Counted from the stretch's first letter, positions 38,601-51,663 are shown. The stretch is DNA of 64,000 bases from Macrostomum lignano (GCA_002269645.1 NIVC01000562.1:178638-242637); one strand, 5' to 3'. Program-made: numbers and translations. Notes: generated by a model not told the origin, from the sequence alone.

Positions 38601-39005
38601 ACATTTTAATTATCCGTGCTAGGATGCGCATTCTGTCTACTGTCAACATTAGTAGTATAAACCGCAACATATTGCATTCAGGTTCCGCCCCTGGATCGCG
38701 CAGTTCTCGACCGCTTGTTAGCCGACGCCAGGGCTGCCGGGATTGGCCAGAACTGGGCCAGGCCGGAGCCAATCACAGAAGAGGAGGAGGAGGAAGGCGA
38801 GGCGGACGCGCAGACAGTCAGAGGCTCCAGTAGTTTGAGAAACGGCGTCGGTCTCGACTCAAGCAGCGACGACGATGAGGCCTGCGACGATGAGGCCTGC
38901 GACGATGAGGACGGAGGCGAGAGGCTGGTGCTGCCGGACATCAGCCTGTACGCCAACATGAGCGCGCCGAAGACGCCCAATTCTGGTCGGTACTCCGCCG
39001 GCTGA
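32639..39005 (+). CDS. FSIP1: Fibrous sheath-interacting protein 1-like. Exons 32639-32842, 33510-33727, 34194-34575, 35528-35638, 37299-37646, 38216-38458, 38682-39005
   Basis: All junctions are GT-AG and in phase. Motif order matches my recollection of FSIP1: YQRMLKLDKILRKRMAKEREVKRQ, SNTMKFLALT, DFIKRNIE|LA, VAMTPEERERLDSLLRDLD, GEGYRV...RRLREIEASL, GEKALAEVKEER...LEELNSRL. The acceptor of exon 5 could also be 37272. Confidence 0.72.
33183..33480 (+). mobile_element. Full-length family-2 SINE with tRNA-like head
   Basis: Head ggggcagagcagcacagccgtaaacgcgtcc...cttggttcgattccg, then the shared core and tail. It ends just before the exon-2 acceptor of the FSIP1-like gene. Confidence 0.8.
33885..34140. 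repeat. 30-33-bp pyrimidine-rich minisatellite (ccgccctcaatcccctctccatcccc...)n
   Basis: Tandem units read directly. Confidence 0.9.
34577..35420. repeat. 33-34-bp minisatellite (agcaacaggaagatgagtagtcggatgcttcctt)n starting at the splice donor
   Basis: Tandem units read directly. Confidence 0.95.
36478..37095. repeat. 21-bp minisatellite (ttatcgatttgattcgtgtgt)n
   Basis: The 21-bp period gives heptad-like ORFs in several frames; it lies within an intron. Confidence 0.93.
37668..38102. repeat. 14-bp minisatellite (gttggatttgagat)n
   Basis: Tandem units read directly. Confidence 0.95.
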
Positions 39006-39172
39006 GGATATCCCGTCTGGCTGAGCATGAGCTCAGCAGCCATGCAGTTAGAGCTCCATCTCATACGTGCGGTGTTTCCTGTTCGGAGGGGGAGATGAAG
39101 ATGAAAGGACTCGAGTGAGGATTCTGATGGCAGTTAAAGGTGCTGTGAGATTTGGGAAGTAAACAGACAGAA

Positions 39173-39868
39173 TGCTGTTTGTGACACTGTTTGTGGCACT
39201 GTTTGTGGCACTGTTTGTGGCACTGTTTGTGGCACTGTTTGTGGCACTGTTTGTGGCACTGTTTGTGGCACTGTTTGTGGCACTGTTTGTGGCACTGTTT
39301 GTGGCACTGTTTGTGGCGCTGTTTGTGACACTGTTTGTGGCACTGTTTGTGGCACTGTTTGTGGCACTGTTTGTGGCACTGTTTGTGGCGCTGTTTGTGA
39401 CACTGTTTGTGGCACTGTTTGTGGCACTGTTTGTGGCACAGTTTGTGACACTGTTTGTGACACTGTTTGTGGCACTGTTTGTGACACTGTTTGTGGCACT
39501 GTTTGTGGCACTGTTTGTGGCACTGTTTGTGGCACTGTTTGTGGCACTGTTTGTGGCACTGTTTGTGGCACTGTTTGTGGCACTGTTTGTGGCACTGTTT
39601 GTGGCACTGTTTGTGACACTGTTTGTGGCACTGTTTGTGACACTGTTTTTGGCACTGTTTGTGGCACTGTTTGTGGCACTGTTTGTGACACTGTTTGTGG
39701 CACTGTTTGTGACACTGTTTGTGGCTCTGTTTGTGGCTCTGTTTGTGGCACTGTTTGTGGCACTGTTTGTGGCACTGTTTGTGGCACAGTTTGTGACACT
39801 GTTTGTGGCTCTGTTTGTGGCTCTGTTTGTGGCACTGTTTGTGGCACTGTTTGTGGCACTGTTTGTGG
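39173..39868. repeat. 12-bp minisatellite (ctgtttgtggca)n
   Basis: Tandem units read directly. Confidence 0.96.
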
Positions 39869-40429
39869 TCCTATTCTAAGGAAACGCTTTCCCAAATCCA
39901 ATTGATGCTCTGCAGAAAATATTACTAAATTTCTTGTCAAGTCAGTTTTAGATTCAAACACCTATTTCACAATAGTGCTTGCTCTCGTTGATAAGCTTCA
40001 ATGCTGAACTGTCTGGCACCTGTTCTTCTGGCACCCAATTGCTTCTTCTTTCTGTGTTTGACAGCAAAATTGCATTTATTGCCTATGAACATATCTTGAT
40101 ATCTTTGTACACTCCTATTGTACTGACTTTAATTGATTGACTGGTTCCCAAATATGCCAGCTATATTTGAATCGGGCTGCTGGTGTTAATCCTAGCTTTT
40201 GTTTCCGTTCAATCAAGCTTTATAAATAAAATCGCTGGTTGATTGAAGCGGCCGATTCTGCCTATTTTGACAAAAACACAGTTCTTGTCACTGCCTGATT
40301 ACCTGCGTATTGCTACTTGAAGTAGACAAACTGAATATTTGCAACTTCAAAAATCATTTTCACTTCCAAAATTTAAAATTCAAAAACTTTTGTTTGTGAG
40401 TTGTCTGAAACTATGAAGAAATTATGCGT

Positions 40430-41090
40430 CGACCGAATTCTACCGGAAATTCCCCCAACCCAGGGAATTCTCTCTGAAATGACCCCACCCGAAGAATTCC
40501 CCCCAAAATCCCCATCCCAGTGAATTCCCCTCAAAATTACCCCAATGTCAGAGAATGCCCCTCAGTATTACCCTACCAATTTTTATTTTTTATTTTTTAT
40601 ACCCCTACCCCTACCCATAGAATTACCCTCAAGGATACCCATCCCAGCGAATTCCCATCAAAGATACCCTACCCCAGAGAAGTTCTCTCAAAATTACCCC
40701 ACCCCAGAGAATTCCCCTCAAAGATACCCCACCCCAGAGAATTCCCCTCAAAGATACCCCACCCCAGAGAAATTCCCTCAAAATTACCCCACCCCAGAGA
40801 ATTCCCCTCAAAGATACCCCAGCCCAGAGAATTCCCCTCAAAGATACCCCACCTCAGAGAATTCCCCTCAAAGATACCCTACTCCAGAGAAGTTCCCTTA
40901 AAATTACCCCACCCCAGAGAATTCCCCTCAAAGATACCCCACCCCAGAGAAGTTCCCTCAAAATTACCCCACCCCAGAGAATTCCCCTCAAAGATACCCC
41001 ACCCCAGAGAATGTCCCTCAAAATTACCCTACGCATAAAATTACCCTCAAGGATACCCACCGCAGAGAATTCTCCCCGAAATTTCCCCAG
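40430..41090. repeat. 30-bp minisatellite (ccccaccccagagaattcccctcaaagata)n
   Basis: Tandem units read directly. Confidence 0.92.
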
Positions 41091-41984
41091 CGCAATTCCC
41101 CGATTAATTCCATCCTTAGAGATCTCCCCCCCTCATTTAAGCTTGGCCTCGTCACGCAGAATTTCACCAAGCTCGAAGTTTCATGGGACTCAAATAACGG
41201 TCGAAATTCTAGCCGGAATTTTCGACTATCTGAAACTCCGAAATTTGGAGCTTGTGAAAGCGACATGTTCTCCAGGCAAGATTCTCCTAAACTGATTCTC
41301 AGAGGCAAAGCTGTTTTGAAGTTGGCTCCTCGGCAACAATTAGCTCTGACGTCAGTAGGCTAGTTTGATGATTGACAGCTCTCTCTCTCTCTCTCTCTCT
41401 CACCGCAACCGAGAAAACATTCTAACTCGAACAGCACAGATTCGTCAGTCAGGTGATTTCCCGGGCTGTTGCAGGGGGGAGGGGCAGGCAGTGGGTGGCG
41501 GCAGCTGCCTTGAACCTCTGTCCATCTTCATCCTTCACCTTGTTCAAAAGTGCGCCATCGCTGGTGACGCAAGCCAGTAGCTAAAAATAGCCTCAGCTGT
41601 GGGATTACACTCGTAGCGCCTGAAGGAAGCCAGCAGACCAAAGTTCTTTTCATTATTCTGTTTGTAAACAAATACAGAAGTTCCATAAGCGACCCTTAGC
41701 ATGTCTAGGGTAACTGAGAAACAGCACCTAAACCTTAGGCTATTTTCAAATCAACGACTGTCTATGGCAGCCATATCATCTGCGCTGATGCGTACAGATT
41801 TCAAGGTGCTCTTGACGCACTGGGACTGGTTTTCTTAGAAAACCTTATAAAAAGGCTTGCATTTTCTAGGAACGCATTGCCGAGATGAGAAGTTTCTACA
41901 ATAGAAAAAAACTGCGATGTTATCAGAATAAGGATGAAAAAATTGGTTTCTTAGGAAGTTTTTGAAGTCTCATTTTTTCCCTCG

Positions 41985-42675
41985 TGGGGCGCCACCTCGG
42001 CGGGGGCGCCGTTTTGGGAACACCTCTTAGATCTTAGGGGCGCCGTCGTGAGGGCGCCATCTGGGGGGCGCTTTTTTGGACCACCATCTTAGAGGCGCCG
42101 TTTTGGGAACACCATCTTAGGGGCGCCGTTTTGGGAACACCATCTTAGGGGCGCCGTTTTGGGAACACCATCTTAGAGGCGCCGTTTTGGGAACACCATC
42201 TTAGAGGCGCCGTTTTGGGAACACCATCTTAGAGGCGCCGTTTTGGGACCACCATCTTAGAGGCGCCGTTTTGGGAACACCATCTTAGAGGCGCCGTTTT
42301 GGGAACACCATCTTAGAGGCGCCGTTTTGGGAACACCATCTTAGGGGCGCCGTTTTGGGAACACCATCTTAGAGGCGCCGTTTTGGGACCACCATCTTAG
42401 AGGCGCCGTTTTGGGAACACCATCTTAGAGGCGCCGTTTTGGGAACACCATCTTAGGGGCGCCGTTTTGGGAACACCATCTTAGGGGCGCCGTTTTGGGA
42501 ACACCATCTTAGGGGCGCCGTTTTGGGAACACCATCTTAGGGGCGCCGTTTTGGGAACACCATCTTAGGGGCGCCGTCGTGGGGGCGCTACCTCGGGGAG
42601 CGCCGTCTTGGGTGCGCCACCTGGGGGCGCTCTTTTGGGAACACCATCTTAGGGGCGCCGTCGTGGGGGCGCCAG
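41985..42675. repeat. 28-bp GC-rich minisatellite (ggcgccgttttgggaacaccatcttaga)n
   Basis: Tandem units read directly, with degenerate flanking copies. Confidence 0.94.
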
Positions 42676-43336
42676 CAGCGTTAGAGGAACTGCTAAAATT
42701 ATGTTAACATTTTTTCGGACATTTTCAATTGCCATTGACCCCTATTTTTGCGGCAACAAAAACAAGTGGAATTGAACTTCAACTGTTGGTTCGGAAAAAT
42801 ATGTTTTTGTTTTCTTGCCTCCCTCGATCCGTTCCGGGCGGGCGGGAGGCGCTGGGGCTGCCGGACTGCACCGGTGCGGCCTTAGAGAACGAAAAAGAGG
42901 CCGTCAGGTAACGCATCGGTGCGCCCAAAAGTTTTCCGGAACGAACCCTTCAGCTGGTCTAAGCGGACAAACATGTTTACTGGAAGTCAAACTGGAGTTC
43001 ACCCTGCGGTGCATCCCAGCTGCCATAGGCTGGATTCCCCATCTGAAAGCTGCAGGAATGGATCCAACCAGTTCCTGATTCGCCGGTCGGGATTCTCTGC
43101 ACTCCTGCGCGCCTTGGCAGTCAAAACACGCACCGGAATGCGTTGTCAACAGAATTCCGAACTCTTAGATCGAACCGAAGCTGCTAAGGTGCAAAACAGA
43201 TCGAAGAGTTCGAAAAATACCGCCAAGTCTATAAAAATGGCCTCGCCGGAGTCCCGTTCGACATCAAATCTCCAAGGAGCTCATTCAGCGATAGAAAACT
43301 TTACAGTCCAAGCCAAGCAATCTCAGACAGTCCAGC

Positions 43337-44930
43337 ATGAACTTCATCAAGGATTCGATCTTCGGCCGGCCGGACGAGCCGGAGAAGCTCAAGAAGAAGA
43401 TCCCGGGGCCCGGAGTGCCGATTCTGGGCGACCTGCCGACCGCCACCAAGTGGACGCTGGCGAACCCGGGCAAGCTGCCGATGCACCGCACCCTGGAGCT
43501 GCACGGCCAGTTCGGCCCGGTCTACTCCTTCGGCGTCGGCTCGGCCACCTTCGTGATCGTCGGCGACCCGGCCATGTTCCGCCAGGTGCTCACTCACGAG
43601 GACTTTCAGGAGCACATCAACCTGCCATTCCTCAAGACCTTCGGCGCCCGCAAAGGAATCTTCATGGCCGACTACGAGCGCTGGAAGGTTCACCGCCGGT
43701 TCAGCCATCGCATCCTGCGAGACCTGGGCTTCGGCAAGATCCAGATGCAGGTGAGAGACGCAGCTGATCATGGTTGAGTTCAGATACAGCCCATCCAATC
43801 ATTCAGGCATTCCAAATCAAGCCCTGTTACTCCCCTCTCCCCCCAATCAGGACAACATCCTCCGTGAGGCAACTCACCTGGTGGACGATCTCCGGTCGCG
43901 ATGCTCGGAGCCGGTGGAGACGCGCGCTGCCATGTCCTGCGCCGTGTCCAACGTCATCAACCAGCTGGTGTTCGGCAAGCGGTTCGACTACAGCGAGCCG
44001 GAGTTCGCCAGGCAGCTGGACAGCGCCCGCATGGTCACCAACATCAGCCTGACTCTCGTGTTCTTCCCCATGATGTTCCCCTGGCTGGAGGGCCACCCGG
44101 ACGTCATGAAGGCCCTGCCGGGCTCCGCCAGCTTCGCCGAGGGCTACGCCTTCATCAAGGCCTTCTGCAAGCGCGAGATCGCCTGGCACAAGGAGAAGCT
44201 GGACTTCAACAATAACGAGGCCGACCAGCCCGAGGACTTCATCACCGCCTTCCTCCGCGAGCAGGTGCACCAGGACCCCGACTCGGAGCACTACTTCACT
44301 GATGACGATCTGTGCGACATTGTGGCCGACTTCTTCGTGGCCGGCACCGACACCACGGCCGTGGCGCTCACCTGGGCCGCCCTGCTACTGGCCAAGCACC
44401 AGGACGTGCAGGACAAAGTCCGCGCCGAGCTCTTCTACCTCGGCGACACCATCCTGGAGAAGCAGGCCGGCCTGCACTACACCCGCGCCTTCTGGGACGA
44501 GGTGCTGCGCTTCTGCATGCTGGTGCCCCTCAACATGCGCCACTCAGTCCGAGAGACCAGCGTCGGCGGCTACCGTATCCCGGCCGACACGGTGGTCGGC
44601 GCCAACGCCTACGCGGTGTCGCGCAACGCCGAGCTGTTCCCCGAGCCGGAGACGTTCCGGCCGGCGCGGTTCCTGGACGCCGAGGGCTGCTACTGCCGCA
44701 GCCCGGGCATGGACGGCCTCGTGTTCGGCGCCGGCAAGCGGGGCTGCATGGGCGAGAGCCTCGCCCGCATGGAGATGCTGGTCTTCCTGGCCAGCCTGGT
44801 ACAGAACTTCCAGCTGGAGCTGCCGGAGAAGGAGCGACCGAGGTTCAGCGAGATCTTCATCGGCGAGGATGGCGCGGTGCACCAGCCGAAGCAGCACCGG
44901 ATTCTGTTCACCGAGCTGCCCAGGGACTGA
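43337..44930 (+). CDS. Cytochrome P450, CYP2 clan, ~497 aa. Exons 43337-43750 and 43851-44930
   Basis: PGP-x-PILG hinge, WKVHRRF (WxxxR), I-helix AGTDTT, ExxR (DEVLRF), PETFRPARF and heme motif FGAGKRGCMG. A phase-0 GT-AG intron gives IQMQ|DNILRE. Confidence 0.95.
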
Positions 44931-45340
44931 GCCAGAGTTTGTCCTTGACTGAACCCGGGAGATCCCCACCCGCCAGCTGGTTCTATTTTTGCATCAGTGT
45001 TTTGCCCATTGCAGTAGCGGGATTTTCCTCCCACCATCACCATGCCTTGCCTCGAATTCCTTCAGCATGTACAGTTCGCGCGCATTTCGCATCTAAAATA
45101 AAACTTTTGTACAAAAGTACAAGAAAGGTCATATCCGTGCTTTGCCGAAGCGGCTGTCGAATAGCAAACGTTACGCTATAATATCTGATTTATTTAAAAC
45201 GATTTTAACAATGGAAACATATAAAATCTGCTTGTCACAGCACTCTGCTCGCATATTTAACCATTGGATCATCACAGCAGCGCTTTCTAAGAAACTTAAG
45301 AAATTCGTAGCTATGTATCAACATATTTTGCATTAAATAT

Positions 45341-45822
45341 ATGCTCACTCACCCATTCACTCACCCACTCACTCACCCACTTGCTCACTCACTCATTCAC
45401 TCACTCACTCAATCACTCATTCATTCACTCACTCACTCACTCACTCACTCACTCCCTCATTCACTCAATCAATCACTCACTCACTCACTCACTCACTCAC
45501 TCACTCACTCACTCACTCACTCACTCACTCACTCACTCACTCATTCACTCACTCACTCCCTCCCTCATTCACTCAATCAATCACTCACTCACTCACTCAC
45601 TCACTCACTCACTCACTCACTCACTCACTCACTCACTCACTCACTCACTCACTCACTCACTCACTCACTCACTCACCCACTCACTCACTCAATCACTTAC
45701 TCACTTACTCACTCACTCACTCACTCACTCACTCACTCACTCACTCACTCACTCACTCACTCACTCACTCACTCACTCACTCACTCACTCACTCACTCAC
45801 TCAAACTCATAATCAAACTCAT
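45341..45822. repeat. (TCAC)n microsatellite
   Basis: Read directly. Confidence 0.97.
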
Positions 45823-46086
45823 AATCAAAATCAAACTCATTCAAACTCAAATAGCGATGATTACAGAAGAATGTAAACAGAAAAACGAACTGTTCATGCA
45901 GTAATTTTAGGAAACAAAAATTTTCATGGAAAAATATTTATAGAATCTGGCGATGCCGTAAACAGCGCATAAAATAAGAGTACTGCATGAGTGTCATTCA
46001 GTACTCATAACAAACATGCAATTTACACGCATGCGAGTGTACAGTACAGCATGCCCCAGATCGCAGTCAGTCGAGCCTCTCTCTCT

Positions 46087-49010
46087 CTACATCGCCGCTC
46101 CATCATCTGCAGCTGCTCCAGAATCCTCAGCTCCACCATCCGCCGCCGCGTCCGACTCCATCGGACCGCCTGCTGCGCCCGCGCCGCCCACCGCCGCCGC
46201 CGACTCTGCCGCTGCACCGCCGGCATCTTCGTCGTCTTCAGCGGCCGCGCCCGACTCTCCGTCTGCGCCTGGACGGTTGGGAAATTTGGGAAACCGTGTG
46301 AGATATGAAAGCGGAACTGCTCAGGACAAACTGAAGATGGCTTAACTTCGGGTTTCCACTCTTCTCCCTTCCCTTCCCTTCTTCCCCTCCCTTCCAAATC
46401 TCACTCTTGCTAATCCTTTCCAAATCTCACTCTTGCTAATCCTTTCCAAATCTCACTCTTGCTAATCCTTTCCAAATCTCACTCTTGCTAATCCTTTCCA
46501 AATCTCACTCTTGCTAATCCTTTCCAAATCTCACTCTTGCTAATCCTTTCCAAATCTCACTCTTGCTAATCCTTTCCAAATCTCACTCTTGCTAATCCTT
46601 TCCAAATCTCACTCTTGCTAATCCCTTCCAAATCTCACCCTTGCTAATCCTTTCCAAATCTCACTCTTGCTAATCCTTTCCAAATCTCACCCTTGCTAAT
46701 CCTTTCCAAATCTCACTCTTGCTAATCCTTTCCAAATCTCACTCTTGCTAATCCTTTCCAAATCTCACTCTTGCTAATCCTTTCCAAATCTCACTCTTGC
46801 TAATCCTTTCCAAATCTCACTCTTGCTAATCCCTTCCAAATCTCACTCTTGACAATCCTAAATTCTCAGAAATCTCCCCCTTGACAATCCCACATTCTCA
46901 GAAATATCCCCCTTGACAATCCCACATTCTCAGAAATCTCCCCCTTGACAATCCCACATTCTCAGAAATCTCACCCCCGCCTGTCGCCGCAGCGTCGCCC
47001 TCGCCGGCCGCCTGCTTCTCGGCCTCCTCGTCTGCGCCTTCAGGTGTCAGGGTATCCGGGTTGTAAAGCGACATCATGTCGCCCAGAATCCCAAACCTGG
47101 CGGATGTTTTCCAAGGTCATGTTTAGTTGGCTAGCGGGCCATGTAAAAGTACACAGAGGAAGTTCGACTCACTTCACCGGGTCCGGCCGCAGCTCTGCCT
47201 CCTTGGGTCCGGACGCTTCCTGGGAAAATCTGGATAAAAAATGATTGTCTAGTTTTACTACTCAAAGTAGACGCAAGAGACGTTTTAAATTATATTTTTA
47301 ACTCACTTTTCGAAATCCTTTTTGGCCGTGTAGAGCCACGAGGCGCCCTCCTTAGGCCGAGGCAAAATTGAAGCGAGAGCCGGCGACCTTTGACTGCGGT
47401 TAGACATTGCGCTTTGCTCTTTGAGAATCTTATTTGCAACTTTACATGACCAAACTTAACTGGTTTCGTCTGTCAGCTCCGCTCCCACTTCCCCAGTCTG
47501 TCAGCTCCGCTCCCACTTCCCCAGTCTGTCAGCTCCGCTCCCACTTCCCCAGTCTGTCAGCTCCGCTCCCACTTCCCCAGTCTGTCAGCCCCGCTCCCAC
47601 TTCCCCAGTCTGTCAGCTCCGCTCCCACTTCCCCAGTCCGTCAGCTCCGCTCCCACTTCCCCAGTCTGTCAGCTCCGCTCCCACTTCCCCAGTCTGTCAG
47701 CTCCGCTCCCACTTCCCCAGTCCGTCAGCTCCGCTCCCACTTCCCCAGTCTGTCAGCTCCGCTCCCACTTCCCCAGTCTGTCAGCTCCGCTCCCACTTCC
47801 CCAGTCTGTCAGCTCCGCTCCCACTTCCCCAGTCCGTCAGCTCCGCTCCCACTTCCCCAGTCTGTCAGCTCCGCTCCCACTTCCCCATGCAATGCAGTCC
47901 CAATTGCCACTTACTTTACAATGTCGTTAATGGCAGGTCGTTTTCTGAAATAAGCAGAGAGGAATCGGCAACATCATTGCACAATAAAAGTTATGAAACG
48001 TACGCGACTAGCATGGTGACTGGCCCTAGCAGCTCACGGGTGCATTCGCCGATACTCAGCTGGCGTTAATTTTCTGTTTTTCTCGTTTCCGTTCTCGTCT
48101 GTCTGGTAGTTCTTCTCTCGCATGGCCAGGTTGAACGTGTCCGACCGGAATATCCTGCCGATAGTAAAACTTTTATGGTAAAATATGCTAGTAAAATTTT
48201 ATGACTGTCGCCTCCTTCATATGTAATGGAAGGTTAATCTAGCCAACATCAATAACAGAATAGAATGAATTGCTAATCTAGCCAACATGAATAACAGAAT
48301 AGAATGGATTGCTAATCTAGCCAACATCAATAACAAAATAGAATGGATTGCTAATCTAGCCAACATCAATGAAAGAATAGAATGGATTGCTAATCTAGCC
48401 AACATCAATGAAAGAATAGAATGGATTGCTAATCCAGCTACCGGCCTCAGCCGGCACAATGACTCACCTGCCCATCTCCTTCTCAATCTTGTCAAACTCC
48501 CTTCGCTTGAAGGTGAGCCAAACCACATAGCTGCAGAAGGAGTAGAGCGTCTCGAACATTTCCCTGTCGTTCTTGGTGGCGGACACTCGCGAGTCGCCGG
48601 CGGCCATGTGGTGCGTGTCCGCCACGCCCTGGCCCAGGATGAGCGCGCAGTAGGACCGGCCGATCACCTTCTCGGTGCTGCTGACCTTCACGCAGATGTC
48701 CTCGTATTCCTGGATCTCGTGCCGGCTCTTGTGCACGTTGGCGGGGTAGACCTTGCAGTCCAGGGTGCGCTTCTCGAAGAACCAGTGGAAGTGCAGCAGC
48801 AGCGTCATGAGGAAGTCGTCGAATGCCTTCGTGCTGAAGTGGAGTGCCATTGATCAAGGCTCAGTTAGAGTGCGGATTCGATCAGATTTGAAATATTCGA
48901 ATTCTCTGACTTACAGGCGAATTTCTTGAAACCACGGCGAGTTCACTTTCTGATTTGCCTCCTGCATCATGGCCAGCGCAACGCCTACAGGTAGGAAGTG
49001 AAAGTAGCGC

Positions 49011-49107
<97 letters not shown>

Positions 49108-49603
49108 CAGCAGTAGTAGTATAGTTTACAATTTTCCCGCGTAAGCAGCGTGACAAAATCCAGTCTCCTTACGCTTCACATCAGCCAGGGTGATCTCCCG
49201 ATCGTCTTCCTCTCCATCAGCCGCCTTGCCTGAGCCGCCCTTCGCCCGCTGCTGCTGCTTGCCGCCTCCGCCGCGCCCGCCGGCGCTCGGCGTCCGTCTG
49301 TCGCTTCTGCCGCCTGCCTTGCCGGCGCCGCCGCCTCGTTTCCTTGCCGCAGCCGATTTGTCGAGGGTTGGCAGCTGGCTGGAGCCAGCGCTGACAGAAA
49401 TGAGTAGGGTGGCACTTTGATTTCTACGGTAAAAACAAGCTTAATTGCATTCTCAGGCACTCTCTTCAAGGTGAAACATGCTGAACCAAGCTGCTTAGCG
49501 ACTTTCCCTAGTTACAAAATTACCTGGGTCGAAAGTCCAAGGTGTTATCATCCTCTTTCCAGTACCACTGGCCCTTCGTTAGGATAACGCTTCCACTTGA
49601 GCT
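46087..49603 (-). CDS. PPP1R36: Protein phosphatase 1 regulatory subunit 36-like. Exons 49603-49524, 49390-49173, 48984-48915, 48833-48468, 48154-48038, 47944-47915, 47393-47307, 47229-47173, 47096-46975, 46268-46087; first exon not located
   Basis: All junctions are GT-AG and phase-consistent. Motifs recalled from the PPP1R36 family appear in the expected order: GQWYWKEDDNTLDF, ITLADVKRVAL, FDDFLMTLL, YCALILGQG..HHM, DREMFETLYSFCSYVVWLTFKRREFDKIEKEMGRIFRSDTFN, KRPAINDIVNQRSP, FGILG...YNPDTLTP. Confidence 0.82.
46395..46972. repeat. 26-bp array (ccaaatctcactcttgctaatccttt)n followed by a short 32-bp array, together filling one intron
   Basis: Tandem units read directly; the 32-bp unit abuts the minus-strand donor at 46974. 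Confidence 0.94.
47470..47886. repeat. 28-bp minisatellite (tctgtcagctccgctcccacttccccag)n
   Basis: Tandem units read directly. Confidence 0.95.
48230..48435. repeat. 39-bp minisatellite, ~5 copies
   Basis: Unit tgctaatctagccaacatcaataacagaatagaatggat is repeated. Confidence 0.92.
49010..49122. repeat. (GTA)n microsatellite
   Basis: Read directly. Confidence 0.97.
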
Positions 49604-51663
49604 CTGAAATTTAATTGGTTGATTTTTATAATAAGACATCGCTTATAGCTATTCCTAAGCTTTAAACATGTACTAAAGCTAAAAATTCATTACACAGGCA
49701 GAATGCTAAAAAATGAGCATAAATGAAATTCTCAATTAAGAATGCTGATGAATTCATTCGCAAAATGAATTAAACAATGATCTTTTAAACTTGTGTACCT
49801 AACCATGCACTTTGTTTTTACAAGTTCGATAATAACAGCCTGAAATTGTCTAAAATCAAATCGCTTTTTAAAGTAAAACATTCGTAAAGTATAACTATAC
49901 GAGCTTAGAACTATTTAACTTCTAACATTTAAATATAAAAAATAACATATTTTTCAAGTAAAAAATTGTCTTCTACTGAGTTGCTGATGAAAGGTGAATA
50001 AAAGCTAGTTAATAAAGTTAAAAAATCAATCAAGAAAAGTACAGAATTAAAGCATTTTTATGACAATAAAATGATAAAATGATATCATCTTCTATTAATT
50101 TAAAGAAAACATTATTTTAAAATCTACTTAAGTATATTTTAATATCTGCCTTTTTATTAGTCATTGCAGGGAAAAGTTTCTTTTAAGCCAACAGAATCAT
50201 ATGAGTTTGTCAGATTAGAATAACGATCAACGTATATCTTAGAGGGTAACGAAATTGATAAAAAATACAAGTATTTACTCACCAATTCTTTTGCACTAGT
50301 CATGATTCCTTAATAACCTTGAAATATTTGGTTATAGTTGGTTTATCAGGAATATTTTAACAAGTTACCATTGTTAAACAACAATGGAGTCATGGGACTT
50401 TGCCAAACAAAAATAAGTTTGGAGATATAAATCCAGTATTTTTATTAAATAGTAGATCCAAATAAGAGCTAAAGCATATGTGTAGCATTTTTAAGACTTC
50501 GAAAATGTGAATTTTGTTTATTTAGGCAAAAACAAATTCGACGGGTTCGATCATAAATACACGTGCAGTCGCAAATCCACTCACCTAATTCTAATTGTCT
50601 AATTTCCTGTTCGATATGAATTTCTAAAACCACTCAAGATAAGGCACGACGTGAAAATTCGACATATTCGGTTAAGCGATCAGGACGACCAAGTCAAGAC
50701 GAAGACAAACAAACAACATAAAAAGAGTAGATCGTTTAAAACTCTAATGCGTCATCACACAATTTTTTATCTTAATTTTGATCTTAATGATTTTAAAAAG
50801 GTTGCAGTATAAAATATATGACAATGTGCCGTCTAGTCGCAACTTATAAACAATAACTGACAAAGTAATAATTGTCAGTCTTGTTACGGGCTCGTATTTC
50901 AAAATATCAATAACAATAGCATGAATATGCAGTATGCACAGTTATTTTTATATGTTGTTCCTTTCTCGATATCAGTCGGTCGTAGAGTATGGATTGGTTT
51001 ATTTTGTTTGATCAGATACAAGCTAGTTTCAAAATCTTCAATGACAATGATAATAAAAAGAGTAGAAAACTTTTACATGTAATTTGTGAATTGATCGATG
51101 AACTATACATGTACATGCACAGAATACCTGGTGTACACATATGCAGTGTAGTGTATGCAGTAGCTACTTGCTAGAAAGTTCGTTTGAATAGAAACAGGGA
51201 GTTTCTGCTTATTTTACATAAAGGTCTGCTCAAACATTCACACAGAATAATCGAAAATAACAACAGTTGAGTCCTAAACTCACTGCACTCTGTAGATCTC
51301 ATATCCACGCTGAGCTACATTTCAGCGCAAACAGAAACTTTGTGCACAGTAGCCATTGGTAGCCAAAATTGCGGACCCAAGCGTCTCAGTTTCCGCTCAA
51401 ACAGTGTTTAAGCCAACCCGGCAAGTGGAAAGCCTTTTGAGTTGAATAAATCGATTCCTGCCAGCACTCTGGTCAGGGGGCGGCTGCCGGCTGAAAAGAT
51501 CCCCCACCTCCGCGCTGAACTTCCCACGCATTTTTTATTGGCAACACAGGAGCGCCGATCTCGTCTGCTCAGTGCTATGAATTTCTGCAACTTATTCAAA
51601 TAAGAAGCTTCGAGAAAGAAGTTTCGAAACTGGACAGCCGACAGGATAATTGAAGGTCAAGAA

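Noticed and set aside
39134-39961. 275-aa (QTVP)n mucin-like ORF
   Set aside because: It is a 12-bp repeat open on both strands with no signal peptide or flanking exons.
41400-41640. GC-richer island that might be an orphan exon on the minus strand
   Set aside because: Several short open frames but no partner exon or recognisable homology.
42919-43336. 5' part of the 282-aa ORF as a P450 N-terminal extension
   Set aside because: It is in a different frame from the P450, and the P450 frame has a TAG at 43292.
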